A stretch of 64,000 bases of DNA from Trichoplax adhaerens. Lineage: Eukaryota > Animalia > Placozoa. The DNA lies in assembly GCF_000150275.1 (NCBI RefSeq), contig NW_002060946.1:1941454-2005453 (forward strand), in the 5' to 3' direction. The notes below the pieces were generated by a model. It saw nothing but the letters and a program-made list of their open reading frames with translations, did not search any database and had not been told where the DNA came from. How positions within the stretch are numbered: the first letter of the stretch is position 1; every line of letters starts with the position of its first letter. This document shows positions 1 through 26,018 of the stretch, piece after piece. The position numbers and the translations under genes were made by a program.

Positions 1-802
1 ATTATCAAGGCACCTGTAAGATTTCGGACACTTCTACTTCTCGCGTAAGTTCTTATCTATGTCGGGTATAGCTCTTAAATAGAAACCTGATTTGTTATTG
101 ATACATCTTTACAATATTTTACGTTCACGAACATTATAACAGGTTGTTTTTAAACAAAATGTGAATAAGAGTTGGCGAGGATTTAGTGATGATATCCCTA
201 ACCAAGGACCTTTTCCACCCTTTCAAAATGATTACGGTTGTATTCAAGACGTTATAGGTTATGAGGCCCATCCAGAAAACTTAGGTATGTCGAAGTAAAA
301 AATGTAATAATTTTTGACCTTTATATATTTTGTAATTTGAACGTATTTTATGAATACCAGGCCAAAACCGAATGCTGTATGATTACTTCAGTGGTCCGTG
401 TTCTGAAGGATTTTTCTACTTCATCCAGTTACCTCGAACCAATTTATTTTTATTAGTAGTTGAAAATTATTTACAACACGACACTTATTTCAATATAAAC
501 TGTCATATAGCGCGCAGGTTAGTTTTCAGTGAAATCCTTGCATTAATCAGAATATTGTAGAAATTCATGCTTCATAATTATTTTCATTTTTCAATAATAG
601 GGTAACCGCTGCCGGTTCGTTTGAATTAAAGAATGGAACTTGTCAGAATTCCTTATCATTTTATACCAAAAAGCCAATTTGTCCTACAATTCGTAAAGTC
701 TTGATACCATGCTCATTCAACGCGGGCCATACAATTTCATCAATTAACATATATTATACGCTAGTAATAGCTACAATTGTATCTATTATCCATATGATAT
801 AA
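1..802 (+). CDS. 3' exons of a VWA/Cache-domain protein (alpha2delta / CACHD1-like), truncated by window start
   Basis: Spliced exons (~144-284, 361-517, 601-802) read VVFKQNVNKSW...FYFIQLPRTNLFLLVVEN...CPTIRKVLIPCSFNAGHTISSINIYYTLVIATIVSIIHMI*. PxTNLxLLVV and a Cys-rich tail with terminal hydrophobic (GPI-signal-like) stretch are typical of alpha2delta-family C-termini. Confidence 0.6.
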
Positions 803-1340
803 TAATGTTACTATAACATATACTACAGTACATGATTGGTTTACTGTTACAAACAAATTGCATGTAATCAGCTTAGCATACTTGATAACGTTATTTTCCT
901 ATTTAGAGTTTACAATAAATATAATTGGGTAATCTTAAAGATTTGGTTTGTATTTAAACTATAATGTAAGGAAAAGTATCATCAATCGTAACTCCTTAAT
1001 TGTTCATAAATTATAAACATATTGATGCATTATTGATATTAACAGTGTAATTAAGGTTATCTTATGATCGCTTAGCCCTCCCTCTTTTAAATTTGTCTCA
1101 CGAAAGGTATTAAAACTTGCGACAATTGTAAATAAAATGATTTTAACCCAGTTTTGGGAGAATTCCTTTACCATATTTGTTGCATAGGACATTTTCTGAG
1201 TATCTATTTACCTTTATAATTTTATTTTATATTGGTGTCTTCTTCATAGACATTACAATTAGATGACAACGTGACAAAGTAGACCACTATACAATAATAT
1301 TCTCAGTAATATCAGAAAAACAAAAACCGGACTTAGCCAA

Positions 1341-1467
1341 ATGATGAAATAGTATTATATTCTCAGTATCATATGCCTTCTCTCGATTCTAGCTATGTTC
1401 ATTAGTAAAATTTTAAGTCATAATGAAGCTAATGATTTCTGTCAACGGATTGTAGATAATTATGAAG
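1341..1467 (+). pseudogene. Orphan signal-peptide-like first exon with premature stop
   Basis: MMK*YYILSIICLLSILAMFISKILSHNEANDFCQRIVDNYE followed by strong donor G|GTAAG; no downstream exon evident before the IFT172 3' end. Confidence 0.3.
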
Positions 1468-1662
1468 GTAAGATAGTAATATAATATAATACACGTAAAT
1501 GTATTGAGTGCAAACAAGTTATGATATCTTGTCATTAATGGTTAAAAATCACTAATTAATTATCTGCTTCTTAATAAGTCAGAAATTAACGGTGTCGGCA
1601 TTTAATTAAATATAATTAATATACTATGTAAAATTATGTATAAGGTTAAAGTCAACGAAAAG

Positions 1663-14884
<13,222 letters not shown>

Positions 14885-14956
14885 CGTTCTGCTAATGCTC
14901 TCAATTTCTATTTTTTAAAATGGAATGCGATCAAGATAATTTGATATTGTGGCTGA

Positions 14957-15366
14957 CTGAATTCTCAGTACTCTCCACAGTACAGTGTACAGTACTGTTG
15001 TTCCTCTGACGCATACTGTACGAAGAGCGTATTAAGCGCCATACTGTACTGTACTGCACAGTGCACAGTACAGTGTACAGTACATGTACTGTACTGTACT
15101 GTACTGTATACTGTACATGTACTGTACAGTACAGTACAGTATTCAAAGTTTTTACACACGACCGTACACAGTACTGTACACTGTGCAGTATTAGGGTCTC
15201 TAGTGTACAGTACTGTACTGGTGTCACCGGTGTCACTAGGTGTGGCGGTGATTTGGTGAATTTACAGTACGGTACTGTACACTGTACAGTATGTGTCCCC
15301 GGGGTCCAGGTTATACTGTACAGTACTGTACAGTACGAATACAATACAGTACAGTATACTGTACAC
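14957..15366. repeat. (CAGTA/TACTG)n palindromic low-complexity patch upstream of IFT172
   Basis: Dense runs of tactg/cagta switching orientation (ACTGTACAGT, ACAGTACTGT); satellite patches at 15598-15706 and 15934-15968. Confidence 0.9.
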
Positions 15367-16223
15367 TATTCATGGACGAGGACGGTGTAGCAAAACCTGC
15401 GCTGACAAGCAGATAGGCCAGAGTTATAAGGAAAAAAAACTAATGAAGTTATGATGACAAGTCGATCCTCGTTCGTTCTACTGTACTAACAGTAGAACTC
15501 ACGTACCTTTCGATGTCCTTAGCAGTGAAGTAAACCGAAGTTTCTCAGGTCTAAGTGAACTAACACTTAGTACTCGCGCTTCACATTGAGTATGGTGTGT
15601 ACTGTACAGTGTACAGTACAGTACGTACTGTACAGTACTATCCAGTTATACTGTACTGTAACAGTGCGCCGGGTTTGTACTGTACTGTACTGTACAGTAC
15701 AGTACAAACTAAAACAAGCCAGTGGCTAAAGTTCATTAATTGTCAATAAATTAATTAGATTAGAATAACACGAAGAAGAATAAACAAACAACAGTGAACT
15801 ACAGTAGAGTTATAAATGAAGACGGAAGGGTCTTAATTTGCTGTAGACAGTAAACAGCAAATTAACATCGCCATCGAAGCAGTATCAACGCGCTAGTACA
15901 GTTCTACAAAGCTTCGAATGCTTCAGTCAGTCTACTGTACAGTACAGTGTACAGTACATCCAGTACTACAACGCTAACGTGACAGCCATAAACTGAAATC
16001 GTCCGCTTGAATTATATGATTTATATCTAGTCTTTCGAATGATAAAATGTCATGTAGGATAAAAGTATAGAACGATATTGTATTGTAAACATCAAGAAGA
16101 TCAAAAATAATCACGAGATCTAGTATACTGTACAAACTAATTCGCTGGTTGGCACATTCTGAACAACTTGCCATTCCTCAATCTGATATCGACGATTGCC
16201 AAAAACGTTTCTTATTCATAATA

Positions 16224-16225
<2 letters not shown>

Positions 16226-16253
<28 letters not shown>
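16226..16253. repeat. (TA)n microsatellite
   Basis: atatatatatat... run. Confidence 0.9.
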
Positions 16254-16257
<4 letters not shown>

Positions 16258-16507
16258 TATATACAAAGATTTCAGCGTCTCTACTTGCATATCCATTTTA
16301 CGCCAAAATCCTACTTTGTACCGTACTTCTATTAAACACTATACCGTATTTCCATCGCTTTTCTATATTAGTTCAACTCCCATAGTGACTTTACCCAATA
16401 CTACGTATGAAATAGTAGTAACTTGTTGATTGTAAGCAAGGTGTTCGATTCGATTCATTACGTAATTCAATTCAATTATTGATATTAATATCTCTCAACG
16501 AGCCACG

Positions 16508-17830
16508 ATGCAGCCGATTTTTACAATCACAAATCGTAAATTACTCTATTTTGCTTTAACCTTACCAATTCTATGGATTATCAAAGCTAATGGTTATCCT
16601 TTGCCGCCTCTTTGGGATCAAGCCCCCAATTCGTTGACCGACTATCCTGTTATTAAGAGTCACGGTAAATCAATTATTTCGATCAATCCTTGGAATTATA
16701 CGCAACGATTGGGTCTGTATAAATGCCTTCTGAATGCAACGGATCCCTACATGCAACCAATTCATATGCATGGTAAATCAAACATCTTGTGGGGACTGGC
16801 CGTTCAGCTAGGATGGCAGAAAGAAACTGGTCGTTTGAATGATTTAACAAACACAACTCAGTGTGGCTTACCGGGTAGGTAGATAGACAATTAATTCAGC
16901 ATTCCAATTTTACCTGCAAATACTTCAAGAATTCAATTGGGAGGTTTAACAAATGCCATAACAGAATAAAAATCATTCTTTATGGACTTCTTCGTCCACA
17001 ATTGATGTGACTAACCAAATATGTACAATTTTGCTATTGTAATAATTCTAGGAAGTGACATGGATTGCATATGGCCTTTGAGTTGGTGGGGATCAATTAA
17101 TTATTTTCTCTCCGCTATTCCGTTTCTTGCTTCTTTAAAGGCGAACATGATACAAGCTAAATACCAAGTTATACTCACTCAACCAAAGTTAAAATCTAAC
17201 GTTGAAAAAGCAAAGTTCTGCTTCTCAATTAAAGACTGCTATCATAAATACAATTCTACAATGGTCATGTGGACATCATTCTTCACACATATTTTGAATA
17301 TAAAAAAACAGCATCCCAATTTATTGCGAAATATGAATCAGTTAACACCTAGTGAAGACCAAATCCTAAAATTAATGTGGACTGCTCACACGCAATCGCT
17401 ACATGCGACACTGGAATTATTTGCAACTAAAGTGAAGTACCTATCGCATCCTGAGCAAAAATTTGCGTTATCATGGGCCAACTTAGTTTATTTTATTGGC
17501 AGTTGTCATTTTATAACAGATTTCAATAATACAGTATCCATGCAAGTCAATCTTCTACCAAAGAGGTTACTAAGAAATGGTGATAACCCACCATTTGTCA
17601 AAGATTTCAATCAAGATATTAACGCATGTCTTTTTATTACTGAAGCATTACGCGATGCAAACTTGGCAACAGATAATTTAATACTAACTCTATGGAATAA
17701 GGCTATGTGTACGCCGAAAGGCAGAAGAGATGGCCGATTCTTCTTAACGCATGCAATCACACAACCAAAAACTTTGATTAGTAGCTTCCTAAGGGTTTTA
17801 GGAGACATTCTAAAAAGCCCCGGATGCTAG
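16508..17830 (+). CDS. LEG1: LEG1 (liver-enriched gene 1 / C6orf58) family secreted protein, 2 exons
   Basis: Signal peptide, then PPLWDQAP, INPWNYTQRLGLYKCLLNAT, NILWGLAVQLGWQKETGRL, SWWGSINYFLSAIPFL, MWTAHTQSL motifs; intron 16875-17051 (GT-AG) joins the two ORFs in frame. Confidence 0.88.
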
Positions 17831-19021
17831 CCGTATCATTAATTAATATAATAAACCTAATCATTGCGGTAATATAATGTGTCATCAGTCTGTAATTACT
17901 TTTCAAGACCTACAAAATACAGCAGCTTACGCCTTCTAAAATATGCTTTTAAAAAGTGATTAAAATTTGCAATACTTTTACTTAAAAAGTAATCTAAGTT
18001 GTGTAACTAAACCCAAAATTGTTCCATAAATTGTGGTAATAAGTTGACAATAATAATATTAAAAGGTTGCAAATACGATATGATATTATGAAATAGATTC
18101 TAATGCGTCATCTACGGGATCACCGCTTTTACATTTTCCCTTCATGGTCAAAGCAGTTCGTGCAATAAGATCATAAACATGCATTTTAGAAAGTACTGTA
18201 ATCTTCTTCCAATCTAGCTGTATTGCCCGTAGAGGTAAAAAAATCTAGTTTCGATCTTACGTCGCTAAATTTTTTTATATATATAGTGTCTAGCTGAATT
18301 GTTACGAATCTATAAAAACATTATCCTGTCTACGCCTGCCATGACTGTTTTATATGATTATCCTTTTAAATGAAAAGTAATAACCGCTCTCTATTATGGT
18401 AATAAAATTTCAATACGTTGTATAGCTGAAAACTTACAATTTCTAAAACTTTAGGTTAGCGATAATATCAAGAGCTGACTTAATATTAATGTTATACTTT
18501 CAACACACATTACTACTATTATAATTAGCTGTTATTGTAACATATCAACCTAGTATCGCTTTTAATTAATTACATCAGATAAACAGGAAAGATGAACGCA
18601 AAACTAGAGTATACCACTTTTGTTGGGAATGTGAGAGATCTCGTATTGCGCTTTAACTTCAAACCATAAATTCAAGTCTTTATAAACCAAATACAGTAGT
18701 ATAATCAACATTTAACAAAGATCAATTTTACGATACCTATTTTATCTCATCTAGTTTACTTTGAAAAATTAAAGTACTCGTTTAGCAAGTTTTAAATAGT
18801 AAGAGTCTGATGTCAAGCTTTGTTCTGTACACTTTATCTTTATACGTGTATGATATCTATGGTATTTTATTTGCCAATTATTTTCTTACTACTATACTAC
18901 AATTTATCTTGATCGCTGAAAAACATAATCTGCGATGTTTAAAAGTTGTATCAACATCAGCTGTATAGATACAAAATGTATCCAATCAGATAAAATATAT
19001 TTTCAATTAGTAATTATCCAT

Positions 19022-21983
19022 TTAGTATAGACTATCTTGAATTCTCTTGGGGATGTTGAATTGGTTGCGGCTCACAAGCTTTACCCGATAACCTGTTATA
19101 GTAACAATTCAAATAGCGAAAATAGTATTCAATACTTTATGATGAAAATTTAATGCTACCGTAACAAAATTTCTTAGTCATTACTGTCATATCAGCATCG
19201 TTTAAATTAATATCCGGATCGGTGTTTGTAGGATGCGTGCTTGTAATATCCTCTATTTGACTAGATGAATTATTATCTGATGATGGTACAGTACTATTAT
19301 TAATATTCTCATCAGGTATTGTAAGGCTAGGATTAGTAATTGAGCCAGCAGCTGTGGTATTATTAATCGAATCTTCAAAGATAACGAATATACAAGAAGA
19401 ATTCATCAAATTAGATACCTCATATGACACATTTCTTATATTTAATTTGATAATAAAATACCACATCATATCTTACTGTCTCTTATTGGATTTATCTCTA
19501 GATTTCCGAGACTAGATGCTTCATATGAAAAGGGTTATGTTTTATTAACATTATAATAGGGAAAGCAATTATTTAGCTATTTACAGTCAGCTGTAACAAG
19601 TATTAATTATGTACGGATATGGACTAAAGATTGCTAAATTTATTAATTAGCTGCAAATATAATAATAGTAAATCGATATCGGATAACTGTTGCTATGCGT
19701 ATAATATCGTATGATATTATGTTGAACAATTTTAAATTAAGAGATGGTAACAAAAGATATTTATAATGGGTGTTTAATTACAATTATATCTCACGGCTCG
19801 TAGCCTTACGGAGAAGAAGAACAGCTAAACCTATGTGTTCCGCTACACGCGGTCCTTGCCTTAAATAATTAAATAATGACCTGCTTATTACTACCGATCT
19901 ACTATAGGTCTAGCATAGACCGTATACGGTACCTTTACTCTAGCTTATTATACTAACAGCTCATGTAGTACTATAATAGATATGAATAGCATGCACAATA
20001 ATATACAGTTATCTAAGATTGCAATATCGTATTATGTATATCGCTAGTAACGGAAGATCTATAACTACATCTAAACTACCATCAGTACCGTATCCTACAA
20101 TATTAAATGCAGACGGTTGATTCATGCAGAAACATGAATTTAAATATTCGCCATACACTTACTGAGAGCCTCAACAACTTCTAAGTCTTCCTGAAGAACG
20201 GGATTTTCTTGAATTAAATATAAATAGAATAAATTTGGGTATCAGTATCCTCTAACCAGTGAATGCCAACGTAAGTAATCACTTTAAGAAGCATGTTTGA
20301 TAACTATAATTTAGCTATAATCTGAGCAATGCAATTTTTATTTTGCTGTGTCGGACATCATTCATCCATAGAAATTCACGAACTTGCAATATCAGCCAAA
20401 CAACTTGCAGCGTCTGTTGAGCCATCGCTACCATAAATCGGAATTCGACCGTAAAAGAATGGAGCATATTTTCGAATTAACAGAGGGGTAGCATACCATA
20501 TCGGTATTAAAGTATTTGCATCTATATAAATATCATTTAATGGAATACATTAAAGGGGCACCTTAGACTCAATTCCTGAATCTGTAACTAGCTACTAATC
20601 TCAATGCTACATTATTTTTATATTCCTATTTACTGCAAAAATCATGGATTAAATCAGCTGCCAGAAATACTCGGCTTACAACTTCTACTGTAAACTGATA
20701 CATAATTAAAACCTGCTTAGTACAAAACGATATGAAAGTTACAAAAGTCTAATTGTGTATTTATAAAATGAAAAAAGTAAAATAACGTGATAAAACTTAT
20801 TTCTTCTGTTATTTCTGAATTAATTACAGTAAATCGTACCTGAATTAAAAAGTAGCAAATCACGAACGTGTGGATCTGCAAGCAAATGTACCCAGGTAAT
20901 GTTCATTAGTAGATTTTCAGTTAAGAAAAAGACTATACGATTGCAGGCATGAAAATTTGTAGTCATTGTAGCAATTAAGCTGGCCCCTCTTCTGGAATCA
21001 TTGGGTATACGTATTTTTAACCCCAACTTTTCGCATTCTTTTTTAACTTCATAGGCTATCTTAGAATCATTCACATCAAAACAAAAATAGTAATCGTTAT
21101 TCGCCATTTTGTTAGCCTAAATAGGGAAATTTAATGAACATTGAGAGATGAGTGTAGCAATTTTGTTTAGTGTGCTGTAATAACATTTTACTTTAAACTT
21201 TAATCACTAATAGCTATTGGATTTACTGCTATAAGCTTTCATTATATTATACCTATATTCTTCAACAATCCTTACTGATTTATCTGTTTTATTAAAAATA
21301 TCTTGAGCGTTATATGGACGTACTTTGAACTAGAAAGCTATGATAATTGGAATATGCGAATATTATGCACTCGTTAAGTACTGGATATCAGTGTACTGTG
21401 CATTGCACATTAAATGTACAGCGGATATACTAAGCAACAATAATGTAGTATGCAGAGTATCAGCGAAATACTTAGATACATGTCTTACTATTTTTATATC
21501 ATCCTACGAAAAATGGTTTATTTATACAGCAATTAATTATTGTTACAACTTCCGCGTAAAAAAATTACGTAATAACCCTTATGGTATTCACTGAATAGAA
21601 AGTATAGCAAATGACGATAATGTAATTCCTTATTATGTGCCCAATAATTTCCTTTGATAAATTTACGTCCAAACTTTATAAGTACGTATGTTTATGGTCT
21701 GGTTCGAAGCCGGCGAAATCAATACCGTTTTATTTTATACGCTTTTACTAAGGCTAACTATATAAAACATTTGCTGAAGGGGTAAGAAAGATTGTATGTA
21801 GATCCCCAACAGAATTTATTCACGTCGAATGCTTGCTTCACCATTTGAATTTTTCTACATTTTTCTACATTTTATAGCATGAAGTGTGAACGCAGTTCTG
21901 ATGATTTTTATTATTATCATTAATGACAATTAAATTTACTCGTTTATAAAGCTTTCGTTTCAGTTATAACTTACTGGTGCCAT
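19022..21983 (-). CDS. Cytoplasmic TIR (TIR_2-like) domain protein with Asn/Ser-rich tail; 3' end uncertain
   Basis: Spliced MAP|FKVRPYNAQDIFNK...YR|LTKMANNDYYFCFDVNDSKIAYEVKKECEKLGLKIRIP...HACNRIVFFLTENLL...W...|DANTLIPIWYATPLLIRKYAPFFYGRIPI; beta/alpha pattern and LIPIWY...KYAP motif resemble TIR_2 domains. Confidence 0.6.
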
Positions 21984-22428
21984 TAATTATAATTATACTA
22001 TATGAATAAATTAGATACAAAAATTATTATTATCAAACGACTCGATTCAAATTTTTTAGAATAGGAATAGTATAGATAAAGAAGTTTAAGAGTTTTTACT
22101 GTATTTTGATAGGAAGAATTCTAGTTTTAGCTCATTGGGTGAGTATTCCTGTAAAATATAATCAGGCTTGATTACTTGTCGATAAGCGTAATACGGCGGA
22201 ATAAATAATGCAGACTGTATATACAGTACAATAGTATGAGAAGTTACCGTTATATTTTGTATGTATAGTAGCATAGACTTCTATGTTTGATATTTGGACT
22301 GCTTTTATTTAGAGTTCCAGTAGTTGATGGTTTCCTATAAGTGTGCAATAGACGTAAAGAAAAAAAATTACAGAAGTACAGTACTGTACAGGTTTGTATA
22401 AGAGTTGATCTGATTAGCAAAATGTAAA

Positions 22429-22547
22429 AGACTACGGCACAGGGTATTCCCAAGCGGTCACCCATCTAAGTACTAACCCTGCTCGACGCCGCTTAACTTC
22501 CGTGATCAGACGAGAACGGGTGCTTTCAACGTGATATGGTCGTAGAC
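22429..22547 (-). rRNA. 5S rRNA copy 1
   Basis: Minus strand GTCTACGACCATATCACGTTGAAAGCACCCGTTCTCGTCTGATCACGGAAGTTAAGC...GGGTTAGTACTTAGATGGGTGACCGCTTGGGAATACCC...TAGTCTTTT; Pol III T-run terminator. Confidence 0.97.
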
Positions 22548-23061
22548 AACCATTCTTGCTATTTGTTAGTATAAAAATACTATCTCTCATTTTTCGACAG
22601 TTAAAGAGAAATAAAGTCGAGACATACTATAGAACTCGAAAAATTATAATTATAATTACTAGCTTCGTAATACCCTTTCTAAAACGGGTACATTTAAATT
22701 GCTGACTTTCGTGGAAAACGTTAGATGTCAAATTGCGTTCCCTTCTACTATATTGTATACGCGTCTTATAAGTATTAATTTAATATAATAATAAAATGAA
22801 ACATTTAAGCACAATATAAAGTTTTCACAATGCGTCTTTAATGTGAATCTTGGCTTAATTCTATATCAGGAGCAGTAATTTACAGTATTAATCCTCGTAA
22901 AGCAATATCACTGTGGATAAACTTCAGTTAAATACTGTATAATCCGTTCTTAATAATATGCAGCTAACAGCGGTTGATATTAGTGGATAGTAGACGTAAA
23001 AGAAAAAAACTACGGTAGTACAGTATAGGTTTGTATAAGAGTTGATTGGCAAAAATGTAAA

Positions 23062-23180
23062 AGACTACGGCACAGGGTATTCCCAAGCGGTCACCCATCT
23101 AAGTACTAACCCTGCTCGACGCCGCTTAACTTCCGTGATCAGACGAGAACGGGTGCTTTCAACGTGATATGGTCGTAGAC
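23062..23180 (-). rRNA. 5S rRNA copy 2 (identical to copy 1, 633 bp apart)
   Basis: Same 119-nt sequence; flanks (~80 bp downstream, ~110 bp upstream with TATA-like TTTTATA) also duplicated. Confidence 0.97.
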
Positions 23181-23360
23181 AACCATTCTTGCTATTTGTT
23201 AGTATAAAAATACTATCTCTCATTTTTTTTTTTCTTTGACAGTTAAAGAGAAAGAAAGTCGAGAAATACTATAGACCTCAAAAAAATTATAATTATTTAT
23301 CGCTCTCAAGTAGTGCATTTTTGCAGAATAGTTCACGTTTGACTTGAATTAATAAATACC

Positions 23361-23475
23361 GCTACAGTACAGTCATCTAATGTGGTCCTGATATACACTA
23401 ATTAACCAGCGAGCTGCGCTGACCTATTTTTCATGTCTGTGAGGCAGCGGATGCTTCCATTGATTATTGACAATA
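23361..23475 (-). pseudogene. Probable highly decayed third 5S rRNA copy
   Basis: Collinear patches matching the intact copies (ctac.g.acag, ggtc, taacc, cgct.ac, cgg.tgctt.ca, tgat) over a similar length. Confidence 0.4.
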
Positions 23476-23930
23476 TTAAATAGTTCTGCATGCTCACTCC
23501 TAGCATTCAATCTACAGCAGATTTCTTAACTTGACTAAACTAGGTACTTATGAAATGAACTCTCTGAAAAATATCGTTACAATCATACGTCTTGCTAGAT
23601 ACTCGTACAGTAAGAAATTTGAAATATCAATAAATCGAATAATGATTAACACCAGATATTCTTTATTGCAGTTATGATGTTCCATCATTTATTAGTAACG
23701 TAACCATATTTCTGATCTTCTATATCGTGTCCTTGCTAGCTACAATATCTGGCTCATTCTACATACTGTACTTCTTTGCTCAACTACAATTATAATACGC
23801 TTCAGTGCAGGCTAGTTTAGGTTTTACAGTATTCAATTAATAAGAACGAAATAAGTAATACAAGGACAATACAAATTGATCTTACTAGCGTAAACGTGCG
23901 TCACGTCTCATGAAAACGGTCAAAGGTCGC

Positions 23931-24267
23931 ATAGCTACGTTCTAGAATAAGAGGCTTGTTTAGTGATAACATTAACGTTAGTTTTTTAACAACTGAAAAG
24001 CTTATATTATAGCTGATTCCTTAAAAATTTCACTCAAGTCTATAGCTACGTTCTAGGATAAAAGTCTTGTTTAGTGATAACATTAACGTTAGTTTTTTAA
24101 CAACTGAAAAGCTCATATTATAGCTGATTCCTTCAAAATTTCACGCAAGTCTATAGCTACGTTCTAGGATAAAAGTCTTGTTTAGTGATAATATTAATGT
24201 TAGTTTTTTTAAAACTGAAAAGCTCATATTATAGCTGATTCCTTAAAAATGTCACTCAAGTCTATAG
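23931..24267. repeat. 111-bp tandem repeat x3 overlapping SDR start
   Basis: Units start at 23931, 24042, 24153 (atagctacgttctag...cactcaagtct). Confidence 0.93.
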
Positions 24268-26018
24268 ATTCCGTTTTCATAACAGGAGCTAACCGTGGAA
24301 TAGGACTGGAGTTTACCAAACAATTAGCGACATCGCAAAACCCACCTAAATTTGTTTTCGCTTCACATCGAAGACAAAATATCCAGCAACTTCAGGTAAT
24401 GGATTTGAAATGAGTAATCGCTTATCGTAGGTGGCGAATTGGTAATTAACAAACCATAAAAATTAATACGTTTTATTGTAACGTAAATAATTATAAATTG
24501 AACATTGTTAACTTTATTATTCGCCGCTGCGTCATGGTACAATTCTTGATATAGGAGCTTTCGCTTCACTATTCAAACGTTATTCTAATTGCTTTAGGTA
24601 TGATAATGCAGAAATCACTATAGATAACTTTTTATTTCGGCTACTTTGCATCATTTAAATGTCATGTTGGTAGTGCTAATTTTTATTTATGGACTTATTG
24701 CTTTAAGTTAATTACTTTGACGTTAAGATTCACGATATGATCTTTACGCAGATGTTACTGATGATGCACAAATAAACAAGGCTGTAGATGAAATAAAACT
24801 AAGAGTTAAGGATAATGGCTTAAATTTGCTAATTAACAACGCTGGAATTTGTTATCGGGCAACATTAAACACGATAACTGAAGAAATATTACTGCAACAC
24901 TATCGGGTAAACACTCTTGGTCCGTTGATGATTGCAAAGGTATTTGCTTTGTCTAGTCATTCCTTATAGTAAAAACAATTGGCTATCTTAAGAGAAATAT
25001 AATACTGCAGCTTTGAAGTTAAAGATCAATATAATTTATACTGTCGTCTAATATTTCGATCCGTAAGTAGAGTTGTAGACCTCTACTTCAACAAGCCTCC
25101 GCGATTCACGGAATATCAGCTATTGTTAACATTTCCAGCAGTTTGGGCACATTTAGTATGGATGTAACAGGGGGAATTTACGCATATCGCTGCAGCAAGG
25201 TATATAAAACATTAATCGCATTAATAAGATTAGCGTATTGATGCTGTATACTTTTATTGTATTTCAAAAATTGTATAATCTTTTGTTTTGATCTCGACTT
25301 ACGGTACCTCTATAAAACCTTGAAGTTGAATATTTATCATTTTTGGCTTATAATATTATAAATACTTAGATAACTTTTCCCTGTCGCTTAATGATATGAT
25401 AATTTATAATCAGAAGGTAATGGTTTGAGACAAAGTGCAATTGCTACCTGGCTAAGTCACTTAGTAACGTGTTAATATATCGTTAATCTTTTAGAACAGA
25501 CCTCAGTCCAGTACTCTAGTTGCCATAAAGAGGCTAATTTCTATTAGTCATAAATATAACAAAACTACAAAATGTTCTGATTATTATAAGAAGTATGATA
25601 TCGCCGAAATATATATATATACTGCACGTTTAAAAATTTACCTAGTACAGATGGATATGATGCGGAATTCATCTACTCACTAGCACATATTTTCGGTCCT
25701 TGAACAATGCATATTTATAATTAAATCTCGAAAATTGCTCTTTTGTACGCAAAGTTGATATGTATTTTAATCAAGTCTCATTACGTATTTCAGGCTGCAC
25801 TAAACATGATAACTAAATGCCTAAGTGAAGATTTGGCTGCAGATAAAATAGCAGTTGTTGCGTTAAGACCAGGTTGGGTACAGACGGATCTGGGTGGTTA
25901 TGGTGCTGATTTGACGGTAACAGAATCAGTACGAGAATTATTAAAGCAAATTAAGCAGTTACACTTATGCCAAACTGGCCAACTCATTTGTTACACTGGA
26001 GCAGTATTAGACTGGTAG
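24249..26018 (+). CDS. Short-chain dehydrogenase/reductase, C-factor/CsgA/sniffer-like
   Basis: MSLKSIDSVFITGANRGIGLEFTKQL, GLNLLINNAGI, VNISSSLG, YAYRCSK|AALNMITKCLSEDL, LRPGWVQTDLGG; 5 exons; intact TGxxxGxG and YxxxK. Confidence 0.92.

Noticed and set aside
14931-15390. ORFs rich in YSTVQ/CTVLY (also 34108-34428, 35433-35624, 49669-49959)
   Set aside because: Translation artefacts of CAGTA/TACTG repeats, which lack stops in several frames.
23931-24267. CRISPR-like array
   Set aside because: Contiguous 111-bp units without unique spacers, eukaryotic context, no cas genes.
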